DNA of 63,269 bases, filler included. It is 5 parts of 5 records of this genome, joined end to end, with 100 filler letters (N's around TTAATTAATTAA, not from the genome) between each part and the next. Parts side by side here need not be neighbours in the genome. Positions count along the whole stretch, not along the records: positions 1 to 20,045 come from SRR31156797_26293; 4 more parts are not named here. One strand, 5' to 3'. The notes under the pieces are model-generated. The model was given only the letters and a program-made list of their open reading frames with translations, made no database searches and was not told where the DNA came from. A program made the position numbers and the translations under genes. Every line of letters starts with the position of its first letter. Within the stretch, counting starts at the first letter, position 1. This document shows positions 9,262 to 19,209 of the stretch, piece by piece.

Positions 9262-11859
9262 CTAGGTGTTGGCCAGCAGAATGGTGCGTGGCCAGATCGG
9301 GTAGGCCTTGTCGTCCGATTGGTCCGACATGAGATCTCTCGCGAACTCCCTTGTCACCAACGCTTCAAACGCCTTTTCGGGAGGCGGCACGTGTTTGTCC
9401 TCCGGAGAGCGGTCGCTCCGTCCCGCCTCACCGCCGTAACAGACGATGATGTGGTCGCGCATGGTCCCGAAGTAGATCCCACGCGTGGAGAAATACCGGA
9501 AAAAGCTGTAGATGAGGTTTGGATGGTAAAATTCCGCTTCGGCCTGGGTTATGCCCTGGTCGATGATGTAGTCGATGTTCTTGTGGTTGCACAGGCTGCG
9601 GACGCGACGAACCTTTGCGACACCGAAATCCCAATGGTGGTCGCAGACCGGCGTGCCCATTCTCATGCAGAATTGGCTGGGGATGATCTTGTCGATCACC
9701 TTCCGGTGGTCGTAGAGAAAGCGGATGGTCTCTTTCAGTTCGCTCACGGTTTCCGACGGATAGCCGACAATCAGAAACAGATGGTTTCGGATCCCCGCTT
9801 CGTTCGCGGCAATCAGGGTCTGCGATGTGCTCTCTACATTGTTGCCCTTGTCCATCAACTTCAGTACGCGGTCCGAGCCCGATTCCACGCCCCAATAGAT
9901 GGCGCGGCAGCCGGCCTTGTACATGACCTCGAGAATCTCCGGAGTGAAGTTGTTGGCCGTCGGTTTGGCGAACGCGTAAAAAATAATATCGAGCCCGCGC
10001 TCCAGGATTTCCCGGCTTAGTTTCAGGAAACGTTTGGCCGAAATCATCTCGTCGACGAATGAGAAATGGCGGACCCCGTAGGTTTCGACATGGTGCTGCA
10101 ACTCGTCGACCACCCGTGCGATCGACTGCGTTTTGTAGGTGCCGGCGTAGGACGCGAAGTGGTCGCAGAACGTGCAGCGCCGCCAGTAACAGCCCCTGGA
10201 AGACAGAATGGGCATGACCGGCGCCGGCATGAAATAGTTGGAGAAGTCGAAGTCGGAATAGTCGGCATAGGCGAGATCGTTCTGCTTGACCCCGGCATCC
10301 TCGTCGTTATGAAAAACCCGCCCCACACGGGTATCGAAAAATGCAATATTGGGGACCTCGCGCGCATCGCTGCCGCTTTCCAGGGCCTCCAACAGCTTGA
10401 GAAACGCCGCTTCGCCGTCGTGCAGGACCAGGTAATCGACCCAATCGGCGGCGAGAAAAGGTTCGAGATTTTCAGAATTGAAAAAACCGCCGCCGAAAAC
10501 CGTGACGATTTCGGGGGCCAGACGCTTGATTTCCTTCGCCAACAGGAAGGAAAATTCGTACTGCTTGGTGAAGACCACCGACAGGCCCACCACGAAAGGT
10601 TTGGCCGCGACGATCTGTTCGGCGTAGACGCGCACGAACCACGGCACGGCCCCCTTGCCGTTCACGGCCTGCTCGCACAGGAAACGGGGTTTCTCCGCGA
10701 AAAGACTTCCGTACTTGAAAAAACTCGGCGTCAATTCGCGAAAGGAATCGGCGTCGTAGAAATCGGGATTGTTCGGCTCGAACAACTCGATCGCCCGGAA
10801 CAGCTCGTCCTGATCGGAGAACGCTACCGACGCCTTTCCCGTTCTCATGGCCGAGACGAGGTCACGGTAAAAGCAGGCCGACAGATCCAGGTTCGTCACC
10901 GTGAAGTCGCTGTTGCTCTCGACGTAGCCTTTGATCAGGCTGATGCCGAACGGCAGGCCGGGCAACTCGCCCAAACAATTGACGAGAAGGGCACGTGTAC
11001 GATCGAGCCCCGCTTCCGGCGCCGCAGGAACCTGACCGGTTTCCAACGGGATCCAGCAATCGAAATAGTCCCGGCCGAACCCCGGAACGTTTTTGTGGGC
11101 CTGGGCCGCCAATCGGTCGCCATCCGCGATACGGCCTTGCATATAATAGGTATTGATCAGGCCCCGCACGGCCTTGGCGTCGGCCGGATTCAAGCTTCGG
11201 GCGCGGCGGTATGCATTCCCGGCGGCCTCGTAGTCGGCGGCGTTGTGGTACATATCCCCGACGCGCACCAACATCCGGGCTTCCGCTTGTGGCGCGACCT
11301 CCGCAACGGCGGCATAGGCGCGGGCGGCATCTGCGTCCCGCCCAAGCCGCGCCAGCGTTTCGGCGCGAACGAATCGGGCTTGCGGGTGATCTGGCATGGC
11401 CGCTTCGAGAACATCCAGCCAGTTGAGGACGTCGGCATTGCTACCCTTTTCGAAAAATACGTCAATCAACAGCTTGTGGGAACGCGGTTCGTCGGGACGG
11501 CATTCCAAGGCCTGAAGGGCGGCCGCCTCGGCATCAGCCAGATTGTTTGCCTGGATCAGAAGATGGACCTTGAGCGCATGGCCGTCGACATTGGACGGAT
11601 CAACGGTCAAGGCCTCGTCAAGAACCGCATCCGCTTCCTCGTAATCGAAGGCATCGGCCAGCAGGCTCGCCAACGTGCACAACCCGGCGGAATGCTGGGC
11701 CGGACCGGCAGGCACTTCCGGAAGGCGCGGATTCCGAGCCCGCCGATGCGCCCATGCCAGCGCTTCTGCCTGTTTGCGGTTGCCGGTTTTGAAGGCGACG
11801 GCGGCGTTGTATTGTTTGGGTAAGCTTTTTTTTGTTTTCACCATGAGATCCGATCTCAC
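9262..11859 (-). CDS. TPR-repeat + cobalamin-binding radical SAM protein (class B-like)
   Basis: N-terminal TPR-like repeats, B12-domain pattern (VVGLS...FGGG...DGE), SRGCYWRRCTFC CxxxCxxC, GVESGS..VLKLMDKG; true start may be MVKTKK at 11844. Confidence 0.88.
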   Translation of the reverse strand: MRSDLMVKTKKSLPKQYNAAVAFKTGNRKQAEALAWAHRRARNPRLPEVPAGPAQHSAGLCTLASLLADAFDYEEADAVLDEALTVDPSNVDGHALKVHLLIQANNLADAEAAALQALECRPDEPRSHKLLIDVFFEKGSNADVLNWLDVLEAAMPDHPQARFVRAETLARLGRDADAARAYAAVAEVAPQAEARMLVRVGDMYHNAADYEAAGNAYRRARSLNPADAKAVRGLINTYYMQGRIADGDRLAAQAHKNVPGFGRDYFDCWIPLETGQVPAAPEAGLDRTRALLVNCLGELPGLPFGISLIKGYVESNSDFTVTNLDLSACFYRDLVSAMRTGKASVAFSDQDELFRAIELFEPNNPDFYDADSFRELTPSFFKYGSLFAEKPRFLCEQAVNGKGAVPWFVRVYAEQIVAAKPFVVGLSVVFTKQYEFSFLLAKEIKRLAPEIVTVFGGGFFNSENLEPFLAADWVDYLVLHDGEAAFLKLLEALESGSDAREVPNIAFFDTRVGRVFHNDEDAGVKQNDLAYADYSDFDFSNYFMPAPVMPILSSRGCYWRRCTFCDHFASYAGTYKTQSIARVVDELQHHVETYGVRHFSFVDEMISAKRFLKLSREILERGLDIIFYAFAKPTANNFTPEILEVMYKAGCRAIYWGVESGSDRVLKLMDKGNNVESTSQTLIAANEAGIRNHLFLIVGYPSETVSELKETIRFLYDHRKVIDKIIPSQFCMRMGTPVCDHHWDFGVAKVRRVRSLCNHKNIDYIIDQGITQAEAEFYHPNLIYSFFRYFSTRGIYFGTMRDHIIVCYGGEAGRSDRSPEDKHVPPPEKAFEALVTREFARDLMSDQSDDKAYPIWPRTILLANT

Positions 11860-12001
11860 AATGACTTTTTGTACTCCACATTACACTTGATGCCAATTGG
11901 AAATTGTAACGTACAATACCGTCATCCGGCGCCGGTTTGGCGCGGCCGCCGTCAGTCCGTGGCGATATGCTGATGCCGGTGTTCTAGGTGTGTGCCGTGT
12001 C

Positions 12002-12295
12002 TCAGCCGACCTGCCTGAGAAACCAAATAGCGGCGATACCGCAGACCATGGTCAGCGGCAGGTTGCGGGTGAGAATGGCGACGGCGAGCGCAACGCAGCC
12101 GGCCAGCCACTCGCGCGGCCCGCCCGACAGCAATGACACCGAGACCAGGGCGACGATCAGGCTGCCGGGCAGGGCATTCAGCGCCCGCGCCCAGCCGCCT
12201 TCGCGCGGGATGCGCTGACCGAGCAAAGCCCCACCCAATCGAATCGCGAAGGTGGCGGCGGCAAGCCCGATGATGACGAACCAGATCTCAGCCAT
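12002..12295 (-). CDS. azlD: AzlD-family branched-chain amino acid exporter small subunit
   Basis: 97 aa hydrophobic, ATFAIR motif, overlaps azlC. Confidence 0.8.
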   Translation of the reverse strand: MAEIWFVIIGLAAATFAIRLGGALLGQRIPREGGWARALNALPGSLIVALVSVSLLSGGPREWLAGCVALAVAILTRNLPLTMVCGIAAIWFLRQVG

Positions 12296-12983
12296 TGCGC
12301 CTGATCCCGGCGATGGTTGCGCCGGAAAGCCCGCCCAGGATCAGGGACCAGGACGGATCGATCCGGGCGACGAAAACGCAAAGTGCCACCACTGCGAACG
12401 ACGTGGCCCAGGGCAGGATGTCGGGTGCACCCCGCCACAGGGACCGGGCGATGGCGATGAAGGCGGCGGTAAAGGCGAAATCCATGCCCAAGGCTTCGGG
12501 TTCGGGAATCGCAGACGCGAAATAAACACCGGTGACGGTGGCGACGGTCCAGAAAACGATCAGGGTCGTTCCGGCGCCGATCAGGTACCAGTAGCCGACC
12601 TGGCGCCCCGAGGCACGCGCCGAAAGCATCAAAGCCCAGTTTTCGTCGGTGGTCAGATGGGCGCCGAGCGCTACCTGCCATAGCGGCCGGTCGGCATAGA
12701 CGTCGCGGATCGACGTCGTGATCAAAATCAGACGCAGGTTGAGTGCAATGCCGGCGATCAGGGCGATGGCGGCGCCGGCACCGGCCATCATCCGTTCGAC
12801 CGCGATGATCTGCGAAGCACCGGCGAAAACGACCGAGCCCATGAAACCGACCTGAAGCCCGCTCAAGGATGCCTGCGCCGCCAGCAGGCCGAAGGCGAGG
12901 CCGTAGATGGCAACGCCGATGGCGAGCGGCAGTATCTCGCGCACCCCGTTCCAGAATTCCCGGCGTTGTTCAGGATGGCTCAT
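12288..12983 (-). CDS. azlC: AzlC-family permease
   Basis: VFAGASQ, NLR, TDENWA motifs. Confidence 0.9.
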   Translation of the reverse strand: MSHPEQRREFWNGVREILPLAIGVAIYGLAFGLLAAQASLSGLQVGFMGSVVFAGASQIIAVERMMAGAGAAIALIAGIALNLRLILITTSIRDVYADRPLWQVALGAHLTTDENWALMLSARASGRQVGYWYLIGAGTTLIVFWTVATVTGVYFASAIPEPEALGMDFAFTAAFIAIARSLWRGAPDILPWATSFAVVALCVFVARIDPSWSLILGGLSGATIAGIRRNG

Positions 12984-13046
12984 GATTAGGCGTTAGTAAC
13001 CAATGCCAGTTCGGAACGCCAGTGCGGACGGCATGCCGGGGCGGAT

Positions 13047-13496
13047 CTAGCCGCCTTGCTTCATCCGGATCAGTTCGCGCGGACGGATTTCTTCGCCGTG
13101 GAACCGTCGGCCGGTTTCGACGAACCCGCGCCGTCGATAGAACGACGGGGCAATCGGATTTTCCGCAAAAACCTCGACATTCAGAGTGCCCTTGATACGT
13201 GTCGCATGTTCGACAAGCGCCGTGCCGATCCCGCGTCCCTGGGCTTCGGGGTCGACGAACAGGCCGCCGATGAAATTGTCCAGAAGCCCGATGAAGCCGA
13301 CGGGCTTGGCTGGCGCCAGCGCGACCCAGGTTTCCGCCATTGGCAGATAGACGTCGCGGGTCTTCTTGCGCTGAGCGGCAAGTTCGTCTTCGCTTAAAAA
13401 GGGATGCCCGACCCGCGACGCCGCCAACCAGATATCGAGCACACGGTCGCGATCTTCTTCGGCGTAGCGGCGAATGACGGGGTGTTTAAGTTTCAT
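13047..13496 (-). CDS. GNAT acetyltransferase (YjaB/YiaC-like)
   Basis: HPFL, LFVDPEAQGRGIGTAL acetyl-CoA motif, FYRRRGF. Confidence 0.88.
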   Translation of the reverse strand: MKLKHPVIRRYAEEDRDRVLDIWLAASRVGHPFLSEDELAAQRKKTRDVYLPMAETWVALAPAKPVGFIGLLDNFIGGLFVDPEAQGRGIGTALVEHATRIKGTLNVEVFAENPIAPSFYRRRGFVETGRRFHGEEIRPRELIRMKQGG

Positions 13497-13538
13497 GATT
13501 TGGGCCTATGGGGATACGCGGTTGAAATTCGTCCGGCA

Positions 13539-13631
13539 TCAAAAAACGATCACTTTATCGGCCTCCGCGGTCGTTTCGGCCAGTTCGGGCATGGTGCTGC
13601 GGAAGTCGTGATCGCCAATGCGTCTTGTCGT
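13539..13631 (-). pseudogene. 3' remnant of a DsrE/YchN-family gene
   Basis: Minus strand reads RRIGDHDFRSTMPELAETTAEADKVIVF*, resembling the family C-terminus; no room for the rest of the gene. Confidence 0.6.
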
Positions 13632-13633
13632 TA

Positions 13634-14017
13634 TCAGAAAAAGGTGGCCTCGTCTCTGAGCGAACAGAGGTTTCCGTCGGGATCCGTAAAATTCGCGATC
13701 GTTCCCCAGCCAAAACGCTCGACAGTCAACATGACGCCTTTTTCGCGAAGCGTCTGCGCGGCGGTTTCAACGTTTTCAACGTTGAACCTTAGTTTGGTCG
13801 GATTTTGATCGATCGATTTTTGGGCGTTCGCCAGCGTGCCGCCTTCCTCGATCATCAGGTAAGCCCCGCCGAAGTCACAACAGGTCAGGACGGACCCCGG
13901 CTCATCCTTGCGGAACAATACCGGCAGGCCAACTGTCCTCGTGTAGAATTCGACGCAAGCGTCGTAGTTTTTCGTGAAAAGGATAATGCCCTGTCGTGTG
14001 AATTTCATCTTGGCCAA
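13634..14017 (-). CDS. VOC/glyoxalase-bleomycin resistance family protein
   Basis: FYTRTVGL and FTDPDGNLCSL motifs, 127 aa. Confidence 0.85.
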   Translation of the reverse strand: MAKMKFTRQGIILFTKNYDACVEFYTRTVGLPVLFRKDEPGSVLTCCDFGGAYLMIEEGGTLANAQKSIDQNPTKLRFNVENVETAAQTLREKGVMLTVERFGWGTIANFTDPDGNLCSLRDEATFF

Positions 14018-14019
14018 CC

Positions 14020-14631
14020 TTATTCCGGAATATGGGCGAAAACCTGGGCCGGAACCACCGGCAGGGTGTCGCCGTCGTAGCCGGGGGTGCGCCAGTGCAT
14101 GATTAGGGTCGAGGTGCTCTTGCGCTCGAAATAGAGAACCGTGATCGGATACCAGCCCGGCTTTTCGATCATGATCTCGCCGAAGGGCGAGAACTGGTCC
14201 GAATGCACGTCGGGGTCCTCGAGCACCAGTTCATTGCCGATTTCCAAGCGCACGCCGTCGTTGGATTCGAAGACGAACTTGTAGAAACCCGGTTTTTCGA
14301 GATGGATGAAGCCGCTGATCCGCGCCCCGACACCGTCGACATCGTTGCTGGACAGCACCTTGCCCTCGGCCACCTTGTAATCGAGGTTGGGCAGCGGCGT
14401 GCCGGGCGATCCGTCACGGTATTTTTCCCAGGTGACGATCTCGTCGATGTGCCGGAACAGGTTGTGGTAGTAGCGCACCGCGAGGCCGGGCTTGAGCGCC
14501 TCGGCGCTGGGCTGTGGCGAGGGCAGGGGTGGCATCTGGGCCGAGGCCGTACTTGAAATAACCAGAACGGCAGCCAGCCTGGCCAGGGCGCGGATCACGC
14601 GCCACATTACCCCATCGAATATTCGGATCAT
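14020..14631 (-). CDS. Secreted stand-alone PA14-domain protein
   Basis: Signal peptide ending ASA-Q; GL..RYY, ISGFI...PG.Y.F..ESNDG.RL.I, GWYPITVLYFE pattern. Confidence 0.75.
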   Translation of the reverse strand: MIRIFDGVMWRVIRALARLAAVLVISSTASAQMPPLPSPQPSAEALKPGLAVRYYHNLFRHIDEIVTWEKYRDGSPGTPLPNLDYKVAEGKVLSSNDVDGVGARISGFIHLEKPGFYKFVFESNDGVRLEIGNELVLEDPDVHSDQFSPFGEIMIEKPGWYPITVLYFERKSTSTLIMHWRTPGYDGDTLPVVPAQVFAHIPE

Positions 14632-14887
14632 GAATTCCCCCGCCCGTGTATCTCGCGGCACGGCGTCCCGCCGCCGCGCCACCGCTTTTCATATAGGGGC
14701 GGGGCACCGGTTGGCAAAGCTGAGCGTTGCAGGCCCTTGGCTATTTGCCCCGATACCCGCGATATAAGTTCACGATTCCGCGCTTGCCTTTTGGGACGGT
14801 GAATCGCATAACGAAGCGCGGCCGGAGCGCCTGCGCGAGTCCAAGTCCGGCCCCCGGATTTCAAGCAAAAAACGGAATATACCGATC

Positions 14888-16081
14888 ATGGCAAAATTCA
14901 AAATCCTCGACGGTTTCGACGCGTCCGGAAAGAAGGTTCTCGTCCGGGCCGATCTGAACGTCCCCATGAAGGATGGAAACGTCACCAACACCACCCGCAT
15001 CGACCGTACGGTTCCGACCTTGAAGGAGTTGGCCGGCCAGGGCGCCCGCGTCATCGTGGTCACCCACTTGGGCCGCCCGAAGGGAGAAGTGAAGCCGGAA
15101 TTCACCCTGGCGCCGGTCGCCAAGGCTTTGTCGCGCGCCCTCGGCCGGCCGGTCGAATTCGCGTCGGACTGCGTCGGCGAGGATGCCGCCCGGGTTGTCG
15201 CCGCCATGAAGGACGGCGATGTCGTGATGCTGGAAAACCTTCGCTTCCATCCCGAGGAAGAGAAAAACGATGCCGGTTTCGCCGCCAAGTTGGCGGCCCA
15301 TGCCGATGCCTACGTCACCGACGCGTTTTCGTGTTCGCACCGGGCGCATGCCAGCACCGAAGCGGTCGCCAAGTTGCTGCCGGCGATGGCCGGACGCCTG
15401 ATGCAGGCCGAGTTGGAAGCGCTGTCGGGCGCCTTGGACGCGCCCAAGCATCCGGTGATGGCGGTGGTCGGCGGTGCCAAGATTTCGACCAAGCTTGACG
15501 TGCTCGGCAATCTCGCCAAGAAGGTCGATCTTCTGGTTATCGGCGGCGGCATGGCCAATACGTTCCTGAACGCCAAGGGCGTCGACGTAGGCAAGTCCCT
15601 GTGCGAACACGAGATGGCCGAACAGGCCCGGGCGATCATGAAGGGCGCTTCGGACGCCGGCTGCGATATCGTGCTGCCGACCGACGCCGTCATCGCCAAG
15701 GAATTCGCCGAGGGCGCGGCATCGCAAACGGTCGCCATCGACGCGGTGCCCGCCGACGCGATGATCCTGGACGTTGGACCGGAGTCCATCAAGGAGCTCA
15801 AGGACCTGCTCAAGGGCTGCAAGACCATCCTGTGGAACGGCCCGTTGGGTGCATTCGAAATTGCCCCCTTCGATGTTGGCACCAACGAGGTGGCGCAGGA
15901 AGCCGCCCGGCTTACGGCTGCCGGCAAGCTGTTGTCGGTGGCCGGCGGCGGCGACACCGTGGCAGCTTTGCAGAAGGCAAAGGCCAGCGACGGCTTCTCG
16001 TACATCTCGACGGCCGGTGGCGCCTTCCTCGAATGGCTCGAGGGCAAGGAGCTTCCCGGCGTCGCGGTGCTGCGCACCTAG
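14888..16081 (+). CDS. pgk: Phosphoglycerate kinase
   Basis: [46 protein letters not shown]. Confidence 0.98.
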   Translation: MAKFKILDGFDASGKKVLVRADLNVPMKDGNVTNTTRIDRTVPTLKELAGQGARVIVVTHLGRPKGEVKPEFTLAPVAKALSRALGRPVEFASDCVGEDAARVVAAMKDGDVVMLENLRFHPEEEKNDAGFAAKLAAHADAYVTDAFSCSHRAHASTEAVAKLLPAMAGRLMQAELEALSGALDAPKHPVMAVVGGAKISTKLDVLGNLAKKVDLLVIGGGMANTFLNAKGVDVGKSLCEHEMAEQARAIMKGASDAGCDIVLPTDAVIAKEFAEGAASQTVAIDAVPADAMILDVGPESIKELKDLLKGCKTILWNGPLGAFEIAPFDVGTNEVAQEAARLTAAGKLLSVAGGGDTVAALQKAKASDGFSYISTAGGAFLEWLEGKELPGVAVLRT

Positions 16082-16101
16082 AACACGAAACGCGATCAAG
16101 G

Positions 16102-16151
16102 AAGCCCTTCCGGTTGGTGCCCAGGTTATCGGGGCCGCGAAGGGCTTTTTT
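16102..16151 (+). terminator. Rho-independent terminator after pgk
   Basis: AAGCCCTTC...GAAGGGCTT stem followed by a T-run. Confidence 0.65.
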
Positions 16152-16171
16152 GTGAGTATTCGGCGGACCGC

Positions 16172-18073
16172 CTAGTCTTTCATGCGGGCGAGGATTTCGC
16201 CGATGTTTTCGCGCAGGCGTTTGGACTGGGCGGCGGCGGCCTCGGCGGCCGAGACCATTTCGCCGGCAACCCGGCCGGTTTCACCGGCGGCCCGGGTGAT
16301 GCGCGAGACGGCGTTCGACAGCTCCAGGCTGCCGGCGACCGCGCCCTCGGCGCTTTGCAGGATATTGCGGGTCGCTTGCCCTTGCGAATCGACCGCCCGG
16401 GCAATGCCGGTCAGCGGTTCGACGGCATCGGCGATGCGGGAGGCGAAATCGGCCTCGCCGCCGGTGATGCGGGCCGTCACCTCCTGGATTTCCGCCGCGA
16501 TGTCTTCGAATCCGAGGCCGGTATCGTCGGTGCCGGTGCGCACCGCTTCCATGATGCCGTTCAATGCCATCAGGCGGGTGCGCAGCGCGATGTTGCCGAT
16601 GCGCCCCAGATAGCCGCGAAGGTCGACGATGACGCCGGCCAGGGCCGATTCGGCATCGGTACCCTCGGCGCCGTCGCCGACCGCAGACGCCAGCCCGGCC
16701 AGTTCGCCATGGATGGCGCTGACCGATGTGTGCAGGCCAGCCGCGGTTTTCGCCAGTTCACGCAGGTTCTGGGTCGTTTCGTTCGATGCCGCGGTGATGT
16801 CGCGGGCCCGGCGTCCGGTTTCGCTGGCGGCTTCGCCGGCCGAGGCCGCCAGGCGGGTCAGTTCGGTCGAGGCCGCATTGAGGGCATCGCAAAGCCCGAT
16901 GATTTCGCCCTCGATCTCGTCGGCCAGCGACCGTTGAATGGCCTGCGAGCGCAGGGCCTGGGCCTTTTCGCGGGTGCCCTGGGCGCGGGCCCTGGTTTCG
17001 GCTTCGGCCAGATAGTCGCGAAGGCGGCGCAATCCGGCCGAGATGTCGCCCAGTTCGTCGTCCGAGATATCGACCGGGATGAAGGCGTCGCGGTTGCCTT
17101 CGCCCAGTTCGCGCGCCGCGAAAGCGAGGCCCTTGAGCGGTCGGCTGATGCCGGAAATGACGAAAATGGCGATCAGGCCGAAGATCAGGAACACCCCCCA
17201 GGACCCGCCCAGCATGATGGTGCGCGCCGTTTTGCGGGTTTCCTTGGCCTCCTGCAGGCCGGCCGCGGCTTCGTGCCGGAAACCGGCCAGGGCGTCGACG
17301 GCGGGGGTCAGGTAGGTCAGGATTTCTTCGAGCCGGGCGAAGACTTGGCGCTCCTCGGTCAGCCATTTTCCCTGTTCGGTCAGGGCGGCGAAATGGCTGT
17401 CCACGAGGGCGGTGATTTCACTGCGTTCCCGCGCCGTCAGCGGCGCCTCGGCGAAGGCCGGATCGAAGACGTCGCGGCGGTAGTTGACCAACTCGACGAT
17501 CGCTTCGGCATCGCCGGCGATATACAGCCGTTCGAGGGCGCGAAACCCCAGCGCCGCGGCGGCCAGGGTTTCGAGGCCGGTTTCGCCGATCCAGGTTTCG
17601 ATTTGGATCGAGGTTTCCGCGACCCGTGCCGCCAGGGCCCGGGTGCGCCCCGGATAGTCCTCGTCTTCGAGATCGACCAGCTTGCCGAAGCTTTCGGCGT
17701 GGTCGGCGACGCCGTCGCGAAGGGTATCAATGTGGTTGCGGACCTCTTCGGCCTGGGCGATGTTGCCCAAGGCTTCGAGGATGGCGAGAAGGCGGGCCGA
17801 TTCCTGGGCGTAGGCTTCGGCGGCAGCCGCCTCGCCGCTGATCAGGAAGGCCGCCTGATGGCTTTTCAGGCCGGCGATCCCGGCCTCGATGCCGTGGGTG
17901 GATTCCCGTATGCGCAGCGATTCGGCGTGATCCGCAAAGGCCTTTTCGAGGTTGTTGTCGGCGATCGCGAAAAGAATGGCGATGGCGGCGATGGCGGCCA
18001 GCGCGACACTGGCCAGCAGGATCATGCGGGCGCCAACGCCGAGATGATTGAAAAAAAGGGGCCTGGAACTCAT
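16172..18073 (-). CDS. Methyl-accepting chemotaxis-like membrane protein (TM-sensor-TM-HAMP-degenerate signalling domain)
   Basis: Two TM helices, HAMP (ISRPL...DELGDI), heptad-rich tail with an eroded hairpin-tip motif. Confidence 0.75.
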   Translation of the reverse strand: MSSRPLFFNHLGVGARMILLASVALAAIAAIAILFAIADNNLEKAFADHAESLRIRESTHGIEAGIAGLKSHQAAFLISGEAAAAEAYAQESARLLAILEALGNIAQAEEVRNHIDTLRDGVADHAESFGKLVDLEDEDYPGRTRALAARVAETSIQIETWIGETGLETLAAAALGFRALERLYIAGDAEAIVELVNYRRDVFDPAFAEAPLTARERSEITALVDSHFAALTEQGKWLTEERQVFARLEEILTYLTPAVDALAGFRHEAAAGLQEAKETRKTARTIMLGGSWGVFLIFGLIAIFVISGISRPLKGLAFAARELGEGNRDAFIPVDISDDELGDISAGLRRLRDYLAEAETRARAQGTREKAQALRSQAIQRSLADEIEGEIIGLCDALNAASTELTRLAASAGEAASETGRRARDITAASNETTQNLRELAKTAAGLHTSVSAIHGELAGLASAVGDGAEGTDAESALAGVIVDLRGYLGRIGNIALRTRLMALNGIMEAVRTGTDDTGLGFEDIAAEIQEVTARITGGEADFASRIADAVEPLTGIARAVDSQGQATRNILQSAEGAVAGSLELSNAVSRITRAAGETGRVAGEMVSAAEAAAAQSKRLRENIGEILARMKD

Positions 18074-18308
18074 CGCATCGACGCCGGTTTTCCGTGAAAA
18101 GGTGCCGAACCCGCCGGATGCGGGATGCCGTTGCCGGCGGGTTTAGGCTTCATTCGAAGCCATCCATAGCATATTCGCGCAGCGGCGCGAAATCCGCCTT
18201 CGCCGGGCCGGCAGGTGCCGTATCGTCGATGCTGCTTTGATATGGCCTAAGGGGGCATCTTGCCGGTATAATAATCGAACCGACAATCGGTATTCTGGAC
18301 CGCAGACG

Positions 18309-18518
18309 ATGACGACCGGACCGTTCGCAAACTTGGCCATTTACAATCAGACGCTGGAAGCGATGCGTCACGTCGTGCAGCCCGAACAGGTGGCGGCGGC
18401 CAATATTGCGCAAGTGCAGCAGGCGCCGGAACAGGTCGGGCTGAAGGCCGAACCGGGCGGCGATCCCGGGCCGAGCAACGATCCGACCCGCGGCACCATC
18501 ATCGACATCCTGGCCTAG
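18309..18518 (+). CDS. Small hypothetical protein, 69 aa, ending RGTIIDILA
   Basis: Host-like codon usage; C-terminus resembles that of 19210-19434 and of YjfB-like proteins. Confidence 0.6.
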   Translation: MTTGPFANLAIYNQTLEAMRHVVQPEQVAAANIAQVQQAPEQVGLKAEPGGDPGPSNDPTRGTIIDILA

Positions 18519-18618
18519 CGGGCAGCTAGACTTCTTTCCGAATTGCCGTCGGAACGCCTCCATAAGGGGGCGCGTTTTGACGCTTGCCTGACGGGAATGT
18601 GCGGGCCACACTGCGGCC

Positions 18619-19161
18619 ATGGCTGAACCGAAAAAAATTGGCCCTTCGGTCGAAATCGTGCCGGAGGGCGACAACCGGCCGCGTCTGGTCTGCCCCGATT
18701 GCGGCTATATCGCCTATGAAAACCCGAAGGTGGTGGTCGGCGCCGTCTGCGAATGGCAGGGCAGGATCCTGCTGTGCCGCCGCGCCATCGAACCGCGCCT
18801 CGGGTTCTGGACGGTCCCGGCCGGGTTCATGGAACTCGGCGAAACCATGGCCGAAGGCGCCGCCCGCGAAGTGCTGGAGGAAGCCTGCACGCGGGTCGAG
18901 ATGGGATCCCTGATCGGCATCTACGAGATCGCCCGCATCAGCCAGGTGCACGTCTTTTTCCAGGCCCGCATGACCGGACCCGATTTCGCCCCCGGCAGCG
19001 AAAGCCAGGACGTGAAACTGGTCGACTGGGCCGACATTCCGTGGACCGAGTTGGCCTTTCCCAGCGTCATCTGGGCCTTGAAGAAATCCCGCGCGCAAAC
19101 CGGGCCGGCCTTCGAGCGGGCGCCCGAAGATTCCTGGCCGCGTGAATTTTCGCTGGGCTGA
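18619..19161 (+). CDS. NUDIX hydrolase with N-terminal zinc-ribbon segment
   Basis: [13 protein letters not shown] and Nudix box [21 protein letters not shown]. Confidence 0.92.
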   Translation: MAEPKKIGPSVEIVPEGDNRPRLVCPDCGYIAYENPKVVVGAVCEWQGRILLCRRAIEPRLGFWTVPAGFMELGETMAEGAAREVLEEACTRVEMGSLIGIYEIARISQVHVFFQARMTGPDFAPGSESQDVKLVDWADIPWTELAFPSVIWALKKSRAQTGPAFERAPEDSWPREFSLG

Positions 19162-19170
19162 GCAGGTTTT

Positions 19171-19186
19171 TTGACTCTCCGTTAAC
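19171..19186 (+). promoter_or_regulatory. Possible CtrA box
   Basis: TTGA-N7-TTAAC, one mismatch from TTAA-N7-TTAAC, just upstream of the small ORF at 19210. Confidence 0.35.
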
Positions 19187-19209
19187 TTTTTGACGCTAGC
19201 GTCGGTGTC

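Noticed and set aside
1123-18097. Long antisense ORFs (1123-2625, 10066-11823, 14861-16099, 16355-18097)
   Set aside because: Shadows of real genes caused by GC-rich codon bias; no recognisable motifs
18105-18148. Hairpin upstream of the MCP-like gene as a c-di-GMP riboswitch
   Set aside because: A stem is present but the conserved riboswitch motifs could not be matched by eye
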